Source: Eledone cirrhosa
Taxonomy: Eukaryota
Reading direction: 5' to 3'
NCBI GenBank assembly: GCA_964016885.1
Contig: OZ024748.1
Location: 32,302,001 to 32,366,000 of the forward strand
Length of the DNA: 64,000 bases
Part shown: in pieces, positions 44,001 through 57,963 of the stretch
Numbering within the stretch: position 1 is the stretch's first letter
Layout: each line of letters opens with the position of its first letter
Notes under the pieces: generated by a model
Database searches by the model: none
What the model was told of the DNA's origin: nothing
The model's input: only the letters and a program-made list of their open reading frames with translations
Translations under genes and position numbers: made by a program

Positions 44001-44872
44001 AATTCTACTAGAGACGCTTTTGGTAATACCGTTAATGACTATTCTAGGGTGGTTCGATTTTGCGTTGACATAGTTCAGATTCTCGTTGGGTTTGTGGTAG
44101 GTTGGAAGAGTCCTGAATTGAGATTAAGTGTAACATCTAGAAAATTAACTATCTTTAAGTTCTCTTCAAATACTAAACTTAGGTCTATGTTCTTGAAGAA
44201 TTTGCTTAGTTTTTTCCTCACCCTCTCTACCATACTATTATTATGGAACGACACAGTAAACAAAACGTCCTCACGGTAAGCGCCGCCTCCAAAGTGGGGC
44301 ATTTCCACTCCGAGACAATCAAGGAAGTAAAGGCCCACCAGATCCGTCACCTGGGCCGAGTCTGTGGATCCCATGGTGATGTCGAAATTATCTGACCAAT
44401 CTTTCCTGGTCCACAAGTCACCGTTGAACTCAATTAAGGTTTTCCTAGCTAGGAGAATAATGTTAATTTCTTCGGATGTAAGGTCGGTGTGTAAGCGAGC
44501 AAAGTTAAGGGCCCTACCTAGAAGAGTTAGAGAGATCGAAGAGTACTAATTAGAGATATCGAACTGTATAAACTTAGCGCTATTCTTATTCTGCGATTTC
44601 TCAAACCAGTTAATTACCTCACTAGTTCCTGATCACAATTTAAGCTTCGATCTCCTAACTAGAGTGGGGATCATTTTATCAAGGATGTTTTACTCACGAT
44701 TCTTATGTCCGACTTCGAAGGGGCTATCAGCCTGACAGGTCTTGATGATTCAAAGTCTAATTTGTGGTCCTTCAACAAAATCCTCGGAGTTCTAGGATGG
44801 AAGGGTTCGGTTTTATCTTCAATACCGAGTTTAGCCATGACTAAACTCGGTATTGAATATAAAACCGAACCG
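41010..44872 (-). mobile_element. Hydra-like PLE, 5'-truncated with a small terminal inversion; hammerhead 41054-41125
   Basis: LKDHK..VRLIAPSKSD, FDITMGSTD, GGAYRED, VNFLDV, WYNPPY, CNCRSTATC, with a GIY-YIG remnant to ~42600. Inverted 40-bp arms at 44803-44872. Confidence 0.9.
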
Positions 44873-44934
44873 AACATATTTATATGTGGGTGTGTATGTG
44901 TGGGTGTATACAGATGTGTATATATATATATCGA

Positions 44935-45065
44935 TCGACTTTCGTCAAATCGGACCGAGGAAACAATGTTTTCGTCAGTCTTTCCAATTGCTAATACTAT
45001 CTATCGGTCGCAACTCCAGGTATAAGGAGCAACGTGAAATAAAGTGTCTTGCTCAAGGACATAAC
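44935..45065 (-). mobile_element. SINE fragment (CORE-like)
   Basis: Minus strand CCTTGAGCAAGACACTTTATTTCACGTTGCTCC is shared with SINE family B. Confidence 0.6.
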
Positions 45066-45081
45066 ATATATATATTTTACG

Positions 45082-45176
<95 letters not shown>

Positions 45177-45238
45177 TGTGTGTGTGTGTATGTATGTGTA
45201 TATATGTGTGCATGTGTATGTGTGTGTGTATATGTGTG

Positions 45239-45309
<71 letters not shown>

Positions 45310-45317
<8 letters not shown>

Positions 45318-45630
45318 TAATATATATAATATATATAATATATATATAATATATATATAATATATATATAATATATATATAATATATATATAATATATAT
45401 AATATATATATAATATATATATAATATATATATATATTATATATATATATATATTATATATATATATATATAATATATATATATATATAATATATATAAT
45501 ATAATATAATATATATATATAATATATATAATATATATATAATATATATATAATATATATATAATATATATAATATAATATATATATAATATATATAATA
45601 TAATATATAATATATAATATATATAATAAT
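45310..45630. repeat. (ATATATATA)n 9-mer-like minisatellite derived from (TA)n
   Basis: Periodic AA interruptions in the TA tract. Confidence 0.85.
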
Positions 45631-46599
45631 AAGGGTTGACGGACCCAGCATATTTATCAATGCCAGTACCTGTTGTATCTTAGCGCACTCCGTGGGCAAT
45701 GTAAGTTACATTACCAGAGTATGCACAAAGTTATTTGCTTCAACACAACACACGTAAAACGGGTGCCTATAAGGTTCCCGGACTCGAGTTTCTGCCGCAC
45801 TAATGCAGCAGTAAGGTGCATTGCACCATCTGTCTGCATATATTATGCAACAATGCACAATCGGCTTATGCGGCTTCATCAGCGGGTATCGCCTAATCAA
45901 TAACCAATCGATCGACAGAATCCTAAGACCAGTCTATGCCGGCCATGACTGTTTGTGACGACTGACACGGTAAAGCTATTACCAACTGGCACCCGATAGG
46001 ACTCTATCTATCAACTAGCCACTGATTTACAAATTTTACGTGGGGAGGGGAAGCTAAAAAGAATCAATCTTTTAGTTTCAGTTAGAAGCCCTCAGCCAAC
46101 GTGTCTCACACACAAATTATCAAGGGGTGAAAAGATGGCTATTAGAAATAGCAGTTCACATTGATATAAAATAGAATGGTAGCATTTGGTTCATGTCTCC
46201 AAGCCCCATGGCTAGAGAAAAGCGATGGTAACAATGGTAGTGCCAAGACCCTTTAACGGACTTTAAATGCGATCATCCATTATATAACAATATAGTAGCG
46301 AGCTGAAATGTGTCAGCCGCGTGCGTAGATAACCAGTCTATTTTACAACTTAAAAGAGAGAGAGACAAAATTAGTAGCAGGAAAAAAGAGTGCATATCAA
46401 AACAAAAACACAATAAAAAGTGAAAAATTGTTTAACTTGTGGTTAGAAAAAGCTACTTCACTTACCGCTTATTGCTGGCACCGGTAATCCAATGGCTGGT
46501 TTCTCCTCTCCCACGTGCGTACAATCCAACTCGTTAACTGGGAGCTCCAAAACTGACGTCCATCACCTTCGCTGACCACCCTAGAGAGGCAGATCTGCT

Positions 46600-47910
46600 A
46601 GCCCTTCCGGTCGAGCACCCTTCCGGTCAAGCACCCCCCGGTCAAGCACTCTTCCGGTCGAGCACGGCTTAGAGATAGACAGAGAAAGGGTAGCCATTAT
46701 ATATAGAGAGAGAGATAGAGAGAGAGGGGGTAGCCATTATAGAGAGAGGGTCGCCAGTCATGGCTATCAAAATAACCGATAGAAGTGAATACAGCATGAC
46801 AAGATAACCGATAGAAATAAATACAGAGTAGAGTGTGTCTTATCTCCTCCATAACTTAAATATGAGTGAGGAAGGAATGGGTGAAGAGGGAAAGGGGAGG
46901 TAATAGGTGGTTTAGAGATAGATAGAGAGAGGGTAGCCATCATAGAGAGAGATAGAGAGAGGGGGTAGCCATCATAGAGAGAGGGTCACCAAGCATGGCT
47001 ATCAAAATAACCGATAGAAGTGTATACAGCATGGCAAGTTAACCGACAGAAATAAATACAGCAACAATAATAATAGTCATTCATGGCCTGTAGCTTTTGA
47101 TGGCAAAATAGAGAGATAGAGAGGCAGCATGGTAGAGAAGATGAGGGTAACAAACTAAATGTGTTGTGGGAGCTGGCGAAGTGATAATACAACAATAGTT
47201 GCGAGCAGAACATTTGCAATTGGGGAAATAAGGATACCTGAAGAGATTTGTGTGGATGGATGGCTGGAACGTGGCTAAGCAGCTCTAGTGATTCATTTTA
47301 GCCTTTCAGAGTAGAGGGTGTGGTATCTCTTCCGTAACTTAAAGATGAATGAGGAAGGAATGGGTGCAAAGGGAAAGGGGGGGGGGGTAATGGGTGGCTT
47401 AGAGATAGACAGAGAAAGGGTAGCCATCATAGAGAGAGAGAGAGAGAGGGGGGGGGAGTGGCCATTATAGAGAGAGGTTCCCCAGTCATGGCTATTAAAA
47501 TAACCGATAGAAGTGAATACAGCATGGCAAGTTAACCGATAGAAATAAATACAGCAACAATAATAATAGCCAGTCATGGCCTGTAGCCTTTGATGGCAAA
47601 ATAGACAGATAGAGAGGCAGCATGGTAGAGAAGATGAGGGTAACAAAATAAATGTGTTGTAGCCAGTCATGGCTATCAAAATAACCGATAGAAGTGAATA
47701 CAGCATGGCAAGATAACCGATAGAAATGAATAGAGCAACAATAATAATTGTTTCTACTTTAGGCACTAGGCCAGCAATTACACAGTGCATTACTGGTACT
47801 TTATTTTATCGACCCCGTAAGGATGAAAGGCAAAGTCAACCTAGCAACAATAATAATAATAGCCAGTCATAGCCTGTAGCCTTTGATGGCAAAATAGACA
47901 GATAGAGATA
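46600..47910. repeat. complex modular tandem repeat (four ~19-bp CCGGTC(G/A)AGCAC units, then repeated CCAGTCATGGCTATCAAAATAACCGATAGAAG modules) with a partial SINE at 47745-47842
   Basis: Modules at ~46754, 46988, 47482 and 47663. Confidence 0.75.
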
Positions 47911-47964
47911 TACATATATATATACATATATATATATATACATATATATATGTATATATATATA

Positions 47965-49636
47965 TGCAACTTTTACAAACAACCGCAATGACAGGGGACG
48001 GAGACATCGTTATGCTTGCAAGGGACTTCACTGGTCATGTTGGACAGCTCCAGGATGGTTACATTGGGGATACATGGTGGGCACGGTTACGGCTGAAGAA
48101 ATGAAGAAGCAGTGAGACTTCTTGAATTTTGTGATGCAAGTACACTGACTATTTGCAACACTAACTTCAAGACACCTGCCAACCACTTAATAACCTACAA
48201 ATCAGGTGAGCACATAAGTCATATTGACTTCTTACTAGATAGGCAGCGGGACAGGCAGATGGTATCAAATACCAAGGCATACCCTGGGGAAGAATGTACC
48301 CCACAGCATAGGTTAGTCGTTAGTGATATCTCAGTAAGCAAGAGATGGAATGAGACATACAGGAAGGTGTGTAAAAGAAAGGCCTGGAAGCTAAACGACC
48401 TTTCACTAACATACAAATTTAGGAAAGCCCTTCAAGATGTGTATGACGAAAAAGTAGACGATTCAGAGACTTATGACATAGATGATAACTGGAATTTCTT
48501 ACGTGACAACTTACTGCAGGCTACTGATGAAACTTGTGGCTGGAGCAGAGCTCCAACCAGACAAAGAGTGACCAGGTGGTGGAACAGCACAGTAGATAAG
48601 GCCATTAGAGACAAAAGATTAGCATGGAATGCTTGGAAAAAGGGTGGGAGTAGAGAAGGATATACGGCCGCTAAGAGAGAAGCTAGACGTCAGTTGTACT
48701 TAGCACGCAGGGAGGCTGAGAGTAGGAGGTTTGCCAATGTTCTGCAACGGGAAGATCAGAGGCGTGCAGTGTTCCACATTGCAAGGCGGTGTGTCAATGT
48801 TGTTGAAGATAAATGTGTCCGGAATGATGCCGGTGTACTTGGTGTCACGAATGATCAGAAAAAGGAGGCCTGGAAATGTCATTATGAGAGACTGATGAAT
48901 GTGGAGAATGAATGGGAGAGAGAGAAATTACCCTCAGTAGATCCGACAAAGGGATCAGCTATTGAGATTGACGAATATAGGATCAAAAAGGCGATTAAGG
49001 AAATGAAAAATGGTAAGGCTGTTGGACCGTCAGGGATAGTTGCTGAGATGCTGAAGGCATCAGGGAACGTAGGCACTAAACTGGTTGCACGCATCATCAA
49101 TCAGGCTATATATGGTGGTGTCCTAACCAAAGACTGGTGCAGCAGTATTCACATAAATTGCTATAAAGGTAAAGGGGATGCTCTGGAGAGGAGCAATTAT
49201 AGGTGTATAAAACTGGTGGATCAGGTTATGAAAGTGGCGGAAAGGATATTAGCACAACTAATTAGAGAAAGGTTCAAACTAGATGAGATGCAGTTTGGTT
49301 ATGCGCCTGGGAAAAGTACAACAGATGCCCTCTTCTTGGTGAGACAATTACAAGACAGGTTCTTAGAGAAGAATAAGCCACTATACTAAGCCTTCGTTGA
49401 CCTAGAGAAGGCTTTGATAGGGTACCCCAATCTATCATCTGGTGGTCCCTAAGGAAACTAGGTGTTGAGGAATGGCTTGTGAGGAGAGTGTAAACTTTGT
49501 ACATGGGTGTTGTCAGTAAAGTGAAGGTAGGAATGGAATTTAGTGAGGAATTCCAGATACAAGTAGGAGTACATCAAGGTTCGATCCTCAGCCTGCAAAC
49601 AGGGAAAAGCGGATGTAAAATGATGATGTTGATGAT
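47965..49636 (+). mobile_element. RTE-type LINE fragment (APE C-half, tether, RT N-half) joined directly to the family 3' terminus
   Basis: ORF 48112-49389: IDFLL, QHRLVV, KAVGPSG, KGKGDALERSNYR, QFGY. Then FVDLEKAF, GVHQGSILS, and GCGGATGTAAAA(TGA)n. Confidence 0.9.
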
Positions 49637-49667
49637 ATACATACATATACACATATATATACTTACA

Positions 49668-49703
<36 letters not shown>

Positions 49704-49726
49704 AATATATATATACATACATATAT

Positions 49727-50076
49727 GGAGGCACATGGCTTAGTGGTTAGAGCATTGGCTTGCAATCAAAAGGTTGTGAGTTCAATTCTCAGACCGGGTG
49801 ATGTGTTGTTTCCTTGAGCAAGAGACTTTATTTCACATTGCTCCAGTTTACTCAGCTGTAGAAATGAGATAATAGGGACTGGGGACCCTATCATTCCACT
49901 GCAAAGTGGTCGTGGAGGTGCCACGGCAAAAAAAAAGCACCCAGCACTCACTGTAAAATGTGGTTGATGTTAGGAAGGGCATCCAGCTGTAGAAATCAAG
50001 CCAGAATCTGTTCTCGTCCCACCCTTGCAAGCAGGGAAAAAGCGGACGTAAAATGAAATGATGATGATGATGATGA
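49727..50076 (+). mobile_element. tRNA-derived SINE (family B head) with an RTE-derived 3' tail
   Basis: A/B boxes TGGCTTAGTGG / GAGTTCAATTC. 49896-50076 matches RTE 3' UTR 59830-60100 and ends in (TGA)n. Confidence 0.85.
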
Positions 50077-50124
50077 TATATATACATACATATATATATA
50101 CATATATATACATACATATATATA

Positions 50125-52190
50125 TGGTGGCCGCCAGCTCGTTTTCGAGTACGGCCACTACTTTATATCCATGTAGGAGAACCCCTACTGATGCGCTGAA
50201 CGAGTGTGGCTTTTTAGTCCAGTCAGCGACTTGAAAACTCTGGTATAAACACTACACTTGTGACAATTATTGACCCCTAGTGCTGGGCCCATGGCACCAT
50301 GTGACCCAAGGTGTCGTGTGAGATCACTACTCGACCTGCATACCCTTCCACAAACATCACGTCGTCGTCTGATGAACACTTATAGCTCCACAGGTGCCTG
50401 CTTCCCTTTTCTTGTGCACTCTCAGGTGACTCTTTAGACCTGCCATGCTCAGACAAACCCTATTACAGGTCTCACATGTCAGGTCAGGCCGTCTGTCAGT
50501 GCCTTCGGGAAGGCCAACATGGATTCCTTTCCGGACATCTCTTTTTAGTGTCGCGTGCCTTTTTCTTGTTTCCTCAAATAGACTCTTGCCACTAGCCACT
50601 GCTTTCCTCCAATGCGATCGATCGCTAGCACATGCTTCCCAGTGCTCACAGGGCATGTTACTTTTCTTGAGCGCTCCCTTGATGCAGTCCTTAAAACGCA
50701 TCTTGGGTTTTCTCGCGTTCCTTTTTCCCAATTGGAGCTCGCCATAAAGCAGCTGCTTCGGCATTCGCTTGTCCTTCATCCTTACAAGATGGCCTGTCCA
50801 GCGCAGCTGATGTTTCAAAATCAACGACTCGACACTATCACAGCCACTTCTGTCCAGAACATGTTATGCCGAGGATCCGACGTAAGCAGTACTGGTGGAA
50901 CCTATCAAGTCCCTTCATCTGTCTACGGTAAACCACCCACGTCTCACAAGCATAAAGAAGTGCCGCGAGCACACACGCATGATACACTTTGAGATTTGTC
51001 TTTATCGAAATTCTGTGTTGAGACCAGAGACGCTTGTTCAGTTTTCCAAAAGCATCACTGGATTTCTGTATCCTGTTTGATATTTCCCCATCAAGATCGC
51101 AGGACATACTCAGAGTGCTTCCAAGATATATAAAACTGCCAACGACCCTTAGCCGTTCACCATAAACCAAGATGTTGGGCTCACAACATGACTTCCCAGG
51201 GGCTGGTTGGTACATGGTTACTGTCTTTTTCAGGCTTATGGTAAGTCCCAATGCAGTACACGCATTAGAAAATGCATCCATGAGATGCTGCATATCAATC
51301 TCAGTGTGCGCTACCAGGTCACAGCCATCTGCATAAAACAAATCCCTGATTAGTGACAAGTGAACCTTTGACTTAGCATTGAACCTCCTGATATTAAACA
51401 GCTTTCCAGTTGATCGATAGTGAACATATATACCATGATTGCAGTTTCCGAAGGCCTGTTTGAAGTCAATGGAGTAGTACAAAGCAAAGAGCGTTGGAGC
51501 TGGAATGTCACCCTGTTTGACTCCATTCTTGACCGTCACCGGCTCAGAGAGCTTTCCACCAACATTTACCCATGCCTTCATGTCATCATGGAACAAACGT
51601 AAAATGGAAATAAACTTCTCAGGGCATCCCAGCTTCCTCAAGATATCCCATAAAGCCTTTCTGTTGACCGTGTCAAACGCCTTTGTCAGATCAACAAACA
51701 CCTGGTAGAGATCCACATTTTGCTCAACACACTTTTCCTGCAGCTGTCTGGCTGTAAAGATCATGTTCACAGTGCCACGCCCAGCCCAAAAGCCCGATTG
51801 CGTTCTCTGGTAGAGCTTCATCAGCAATGTGGAGCAATAGACGGACCAACAGAATTCTACAGAGAACTTTGCCGACAACAGACAACAGTGATATCCCACG
51901 ATAGTTTCCGCAGTCACCCCTGTCTCCCTTTCCCTTGTATAAAACAACCATCACAGCATCCTTCCAGTCATCAGGAATATGATTGTTGTTCCAGGCATCC
52001 AGAACCAAAGAATGTAGTCGGTGCAAGAGATTCTCTCCACCGTACTTCAAGATCTCAGCATACAGCCCATCCAATCCAGGCAACTTCCCACCATTGAGTT
52101 CCCAGACGCACTTTTAACCTCCTCGAACGTTGGTGGCTCAGCAAGGATTTCCTTTACTGGCTTATCAGGTATGGACCTGATAAACTCTTC
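50125..52190 (-). mobile_element. 5'-truncated RTE/BovB-like LINE with C-terminal C2H2 zinc fingers
   Basis: PGLDG, KGKGDRGDCGNYRGISLL, FVDLTKAFDTV, GVKQGDIPAP, FYADG, FIYLGS, LRWTGH, CETCNRVC..LKSHLRVH. Confidence 0.93.
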
Positions 52191-52204
52191 ATACATATAT
52201 ATAT

Positions 52205-53672
52205 ACATATATAAAATAAAATAAAATAAAATAAATAAGTCAAATGTTTAAAATTTGGCTTCGTTTATTACTGCTATATATATTTCGGTGACAGCCATCT
52301 TTGGCTGTGACCTCTTCAGGAAGTCCGAATTAGTGTGGTAGAGACAAGTACACATGTCGTTGAGGTGTATAACTTTGTCAATACTCTGATATGCCCAGTT
52401 CCTGGTTGGGTTGTTATTTCACTGAGGAACTGGAATCATATGAATTCAAACAAACGAATTTCAGCGTCAAAGGGCCTCTTCTCCTCTCATTGGTCAGTTG
52501 TTAGAACATTCCTCAGTCAAAAATCTATAGAAATTTGTTCTGAGGAAATCCAACCTGTAGTTGTTGTTCTTGTTATTGTTAGGTACATCTGACCTCTATT
52601 CTTGTGTTGGTAATGGTGCTATTTTTGGAGTCAGCTAAAAAAAAAGTGAGGTAGAAGGAATAAGATGGTAAAGGAACAACATAAAATAAAATAATCGAAT
52701 AAAATGTGTGTGTGTGTTATACCCATCTCAATGTTATAAAGATTTGTAAGGTCAAACTTCCCATTGGTCAGTTTTGAGAGCATTCCTCAGTCCAAAGTCT
52801 ATAGAAATTCTTTCTGGGGTAAGGCTCACTGTAGTGTTTGTGTTTGCTATTGTTAAGTACATCAGACCTCTACCCTTATGTTGGTAGTGTTGGTGTTGTG
52901 GTCAGCTTATGTCTTGCTGCTGCTGACAATTTAGAAGTATCTGTGTGTGTGTTTCTTCATCCTTCCTGCCACCATCTCTCGTGGTTGTGGGGTGGGGGTG
53001 GGGCGTTCTGCCATGTATATGAAGAAATAGAAGGCAATAAAATGAAGTAAGCAGAAAATAAATAATAGATAGAGAATAAATGAAAAATTAATGAAAAGGT
53101 AATGAAAAAGTAACGAAAAATGAATATGGAAAATGAAAAATGAAAATGAAAAGTGAAAAATAAAATGAAGATTCGAATAAAATAAGATAAAATGTGTGTG
53201 CTATAACCAATCTCAAGGTCAGAAATATGTTGGATAGATTGGTAGGAGGACAAGATGGTAAAATAATAAAACGAAATAGGATAATCAAATAAAATGGGTG
53301 TGTGTTATAACCAATCTCAACTTAAATATAAATATAAGGTGATAAAGTGAAGAAAACAGAAAACAAATAACAAATGAATAATGAGAAATCAAAATTGAAA
53401 AATCAAAAATCAGGTAAATTAAAATGTGTGTGTTTTATAAAGATGTTGGCCAAATTATAAAGGCTGTGTCAGAATCAATCTCTAGGCTATCATGGTGTCT
53501 GCTCCGCCTGGGTTGATCCCTATGGCTTGAGGGGAGTTCCCAACCTATGGTATTGTTACTGCCCATATAGCTTGAGGGAGGTTTGGCCGAGAGGTGTCTA
53601 CATGTTCTGGAGAAGTCACTATAGCTTGAGGGGTGTTCACATCTTATTGTGTTGCTACTGTCCATATATCTT
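52205..53672 (-). mobile_element. inverted copy of the 3' UTR of PLE 53673-57730; hammerhead 52270-52324
   Basis: Mirror ORF pairs, e.g. 53435-53665 / 56197-56424. HHR: ACTTC-CTGAAGA-GGTCACAGCCA AAGA TGGCTGTCACC-GAAA-TATATA-TA-GCAGT. Confidence 0.92.
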
Positions 53673-56600
53673 CTACTTCGAAAGAGAAACGCAAAAAATT
53701 ACGAACACACAAAACATGGAGTTCCTTTTTCGATCAAAGAAGAATCCCCCCCCCCCCCACAACAGACTAATGGAGGAGTTTGAAAACGAGATGATTAACA
53801 TCATATCCAACCTCAAATTCTCCGGAAACCCAACCAGAAGTCAGGAGTACCTCAGACACCTGAGAAACCGGATTACAGTACTTAAAAAGACAACTGGAAT
53901 ACTTGTCCATGCTGACAAAACCAACAACCTCTACAACATGAACACTGAACTGTATAATAAGATAATTCTCGGGGAACTGAGGAAGTGCTACAAAAACACC
54001 TGGATTTACCCTGGATGAGATCAATGGCACAGCTTACAGGATTATATCTGTACTCGGCATAGAGGACAGGACGGCCCCATACCAACCAAGGGAGCCACAG
54101 ATTACCCTGAAACTTCATAAGCCAAACTTTGAGTCCGACCTCCCTGTCAGACTAATAGCCCCCTCCAGAATGACCTAGGGATCGTCAGTAAAAGAATACT
54201 AGATAGGATTTTGCTCAAGCTTCGGAAGAAAACTAAATTACAGCAATGGTCATGCACGGAAGAGGTAATAGAATGGTTTAAGATACTACATGAGAAAAGT
54301 AAGACCAGCTTTATACAACTGGATATCGCAGGCTACTACTACTCAATCTCATCCATAGTACTCAATAAGGCCCTATTTTTAGCGATGTCCAATACGGACC
54401 TAACCCGCGAGGAGGTGAGCATCATCCACGCCGCAAGAAAGACCTTAATCCGTTTCGATGGAGACCTTTGGACCAGGAGTGATTGGCCAAATAACTTTGA
54501 CATCACAATGGGCTCCAGCGACTCAGCACAGGTAACGGACCTGGTTGGGCTCTTCCTGCTGAAGCAGATAAAAGATGAAATCCCCTGCCTGGGCGGCGGA
54601 TTATATCGTGACGATGCTCTCTTCACAGTATATGACCACAGCACCAATATGTTGGATGGAATGAGGAGGCGTATTCGCCATTTCTTTAAGAACCAGGGGC
54701 TCAGTATAGAACTAGACCCAAATAGAAAGGTAGTTAACTTCCTAGACACACCCTAAACCTGAACACCGAACAATACTACCCCTACCACAAGCCCAATGAG
54801 AAACTCGTGTATGTTAACGCCAAGTCAAACCACCCTAGATCCATAACCAAGGCCGTGGTGAAGAGTGTCTCGGACAGGATCTCCAACCTGTCCGCAAGTA
54901 AGGAAATATTCGATAACAATGTGGAATATTACAAAGCAGCTCTAAATAAGGCGACACATGGACAAAATATAACATATAGTCCGAAACGCCGGGATGGGGA
55001 TGGCCCAACGGACACCCACACCCGCTTTGCCCGGGATGTGGCGAACCCTAACAATACAGGCAAAACAAAAACAAATAGGCACCATGAGCCCGACACCACC
55101 ACACGGGCGTTGGTGATGAGTACGTTTAACCATAGGATGAAACCTGAGTAGCAATCTCAGGGGTGATGCTAACCACCCCGGGCCCGACGACCCCAACTGC
55201 AGGACACGTGGGGGGGGGGACCCCACGGTAGATCTCCCAGCGCAGGCAACGACCACCCCACAGATTCGGGCCGTGAAGATAGCAAAACGCATAGCGCCCA
55301 AAGGGGAAGCAACAATGCGGGAACCACCAGCAACCCAACAAATCTCCAACAACTCACTACGGCCCCAACCCACACATATAGGAGGAGACACAGAAAAATC
55401 ACGTGGTACAACCCACCCTACTCAGCGGCCCTAAAGAACAGCTTGGCCCGATCATTCTTTGGAGCACTTGATAAATGCTTCCCGAGGGACCATAGATACC
55501 ACAAGATATTCAACAGACACACTGTGAAGCTCTCGTATTCCACCACGAGAAATCTGGCCCAACACATAGCAAGCATCAACAGGAGTAGGCTTAAAACCAC
55601 ACACAACCAGAAGATGGCAATACAAGCACTCAGCAGAACCATGTGAAAGGAGGGAAGAGGGGACCCAGTGCCCACCCAAGAAACCCAAACAGACCTGGGG
55701 ACCCCCACCGCGCCTGGGGGAAGACTACCATATAACACCTAACGGGAACCCCAATCTAGGCACGCAGAGGTCGACCAACCACTGCAACTGCAGTAACCCC
55801 GAATCATGCCCCTTGGTAATGAATGCCTTAAGAAGAACCTAGTATACGGTTGTAGGGTTAAGACCCCCAACTCCGAACACCACTACATAGGAGCCACATC
55901 AACGAGCTTTAATGACCGCTGGTATAACCATCGTCATTCCTCCAATAAGGAGGCCAAAAGGAAAAGTACGGCTCTCTCCGACCTGATCTGGAAACATAAG
56001 CTGGACAGGACCCCGTACTCTCTGGCCTGGTCCATAATCAGGAAAGTACCACCCGATAAAGGGGGATCTTGCATATGCAAACTATGTCTGAACGAGACCC
56101 TCGAGATACTAAGAGGTAGAAGCGGCCTGATAAACCTCAGAACCGACTTCTTCGGGACATGCAGACACCTCAGGGCCGGGACCTTCCTCGAGATATATGG
56201 ACAGTAGCAACACAAGATGTGAACTCCCCTCAAGCTATAGTGACTTCTCCAGAATATGTAGACACCTCTCGGCCAAACCTCCCTCAGGCTATATGGGCAG
56301 TAACAACACCATAGGTTGGGAACTCTCCTCAAGCCATAGGGACCAACCCAGGTGGAGCAGACACCATGATAGACTAAAGATTGATTCTGACACAGCCTTT
56401 ATAATTTGGCCAACATCTTTATAACACACACACATTTTAATTAACCTGATTTTTGATTTTTCAATTTTGATTTCTCATTTTTCATTTGTTATTTGTTTTC
56501 TGTTTTCTTCACTTTATCACCTTATATTTATATTTAAGTTGAGATTGGTTATAACACACGCACATTTTATTTGATTATCCTATTTCGTTTTATTCTTTTA

Positions 56601-57730
56601 CCATCTTGTCCGCCTACCAATCTATCCAACATATTTCTGACCTTGAGATTGGTTATAGCACACATATTTTATCTTATTTTAGTCGAATCTTCATTTTATT
56701 TTTCACTTTTCATTTTCATTTTTCATTTTCCATATTCATTTTTCGTTACTTTTTCATTACCTTTTCATTAATTTTTCATTTATTTTCTATCTATTATTTA
56801 TTTTCTGCTTACTTCATTTTATTGCCTTCTATTTCTTCATATACATGGCAGAACGCCCCACCCCCACCCCACAACCACGGGAGATGGTGGCAGGAAGGAT
56901 GAAGAAACACACACACAGATACTTCTAAATTGTCAGCAGCAGCAAGACATAAGCTGACCACAACACCAACACTACCAACATAAGGGTAGAGGTCTGATGT
57001 ACTTAACAATAGCAAACACAAACACTACAGGGAGCCTCACCCCAGAAAGAATTTCTATAGACTTTGGACTGAGGAATGCTCTCAAAACTGACCAATGGGA
57101 AGTTTGACTTTACAAATCTTTATAACATTGAGATGGGTATAACACACACACACATTTTATTCGATTATTTTATTTTATTTTGTTCCTTTACCATCTTATT
57201 CCTTCTACCACTTTATCACCTTTTTTTTAGCTGACTCCAACAATAACACCACTACCAACACAAGAATAGAGGTCAGATGTACCTCAACTACAGGTTGGAT
57301 TTCCTCAGAACAAATTTATATAGATTTTTGACTGAGAAATGTTCTAACAACTGACCAATGAGAGGAGAAGAGGCCCTTTGACGCTGAAATTCGTTTGTTT
57401 GAATTCATATGATTCCAGTTCCACAGTGAAATAACAACCCAACCAGGAACTGGGCATATCAGAGTATTGACAAAGTTATACACCTCAACGACATGTGTAC
57501 TCGTCTCTACCACACTAATTCGGACTGCCTGAAGAGGTCACAGCCAAAGATGGCTGTCACCAAAATATATATAGCAGTAATAAACGAAGCCAAATTTTAA
57601 ACATTTGATTTATTTATTTTATTTTATTTTACATTACTCCGGAGTAACCAAACCAACCTGCGCACTTCGTCGAGTGCTCCAATCTGCATAGTGACGTGTG
57701 GGTATACAACCCACATATACTCAAAATGTA
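53673..57730 (+). mobile_element. Hydra-like PLE, frameshifted RT + GIY-YIG (to 56207) and a ~1.4-kb 3' UTR; hammerhead 57524-57578 (GAAA changed to AAAA)
   Basis: HADKTNNLY, FIQLDIAGYY, FDITMGSSD, GGLYRDD, SNHP, WYNPPY, CNCSNPESCPL, HYIGATS, CKLCLNE..CRH. Confidence 0.93.
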
Positions 57731-57746
57731 TATACATATATATATG

Positions 57747-57778
<32 letters not shown>

Positions 57779-57843
57779 CATATACATATACATATATATA
57801 TATATATAAATATACATATATATATACATATATATACATACAT

Positions 57844-57898
<55 letters not shown>

Positions 57899-57963
57899 CA
57901 TATATATATACATATATATATACATATATATATATATACATATATAGATATATATATATATAT

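Noticed and set aside
46455-46565. Strong minus-strand splice donor (CG/GTAAGT) with a short open frame
   Set aside because: No acceptor or start, no recognisable protein, and no other exons.
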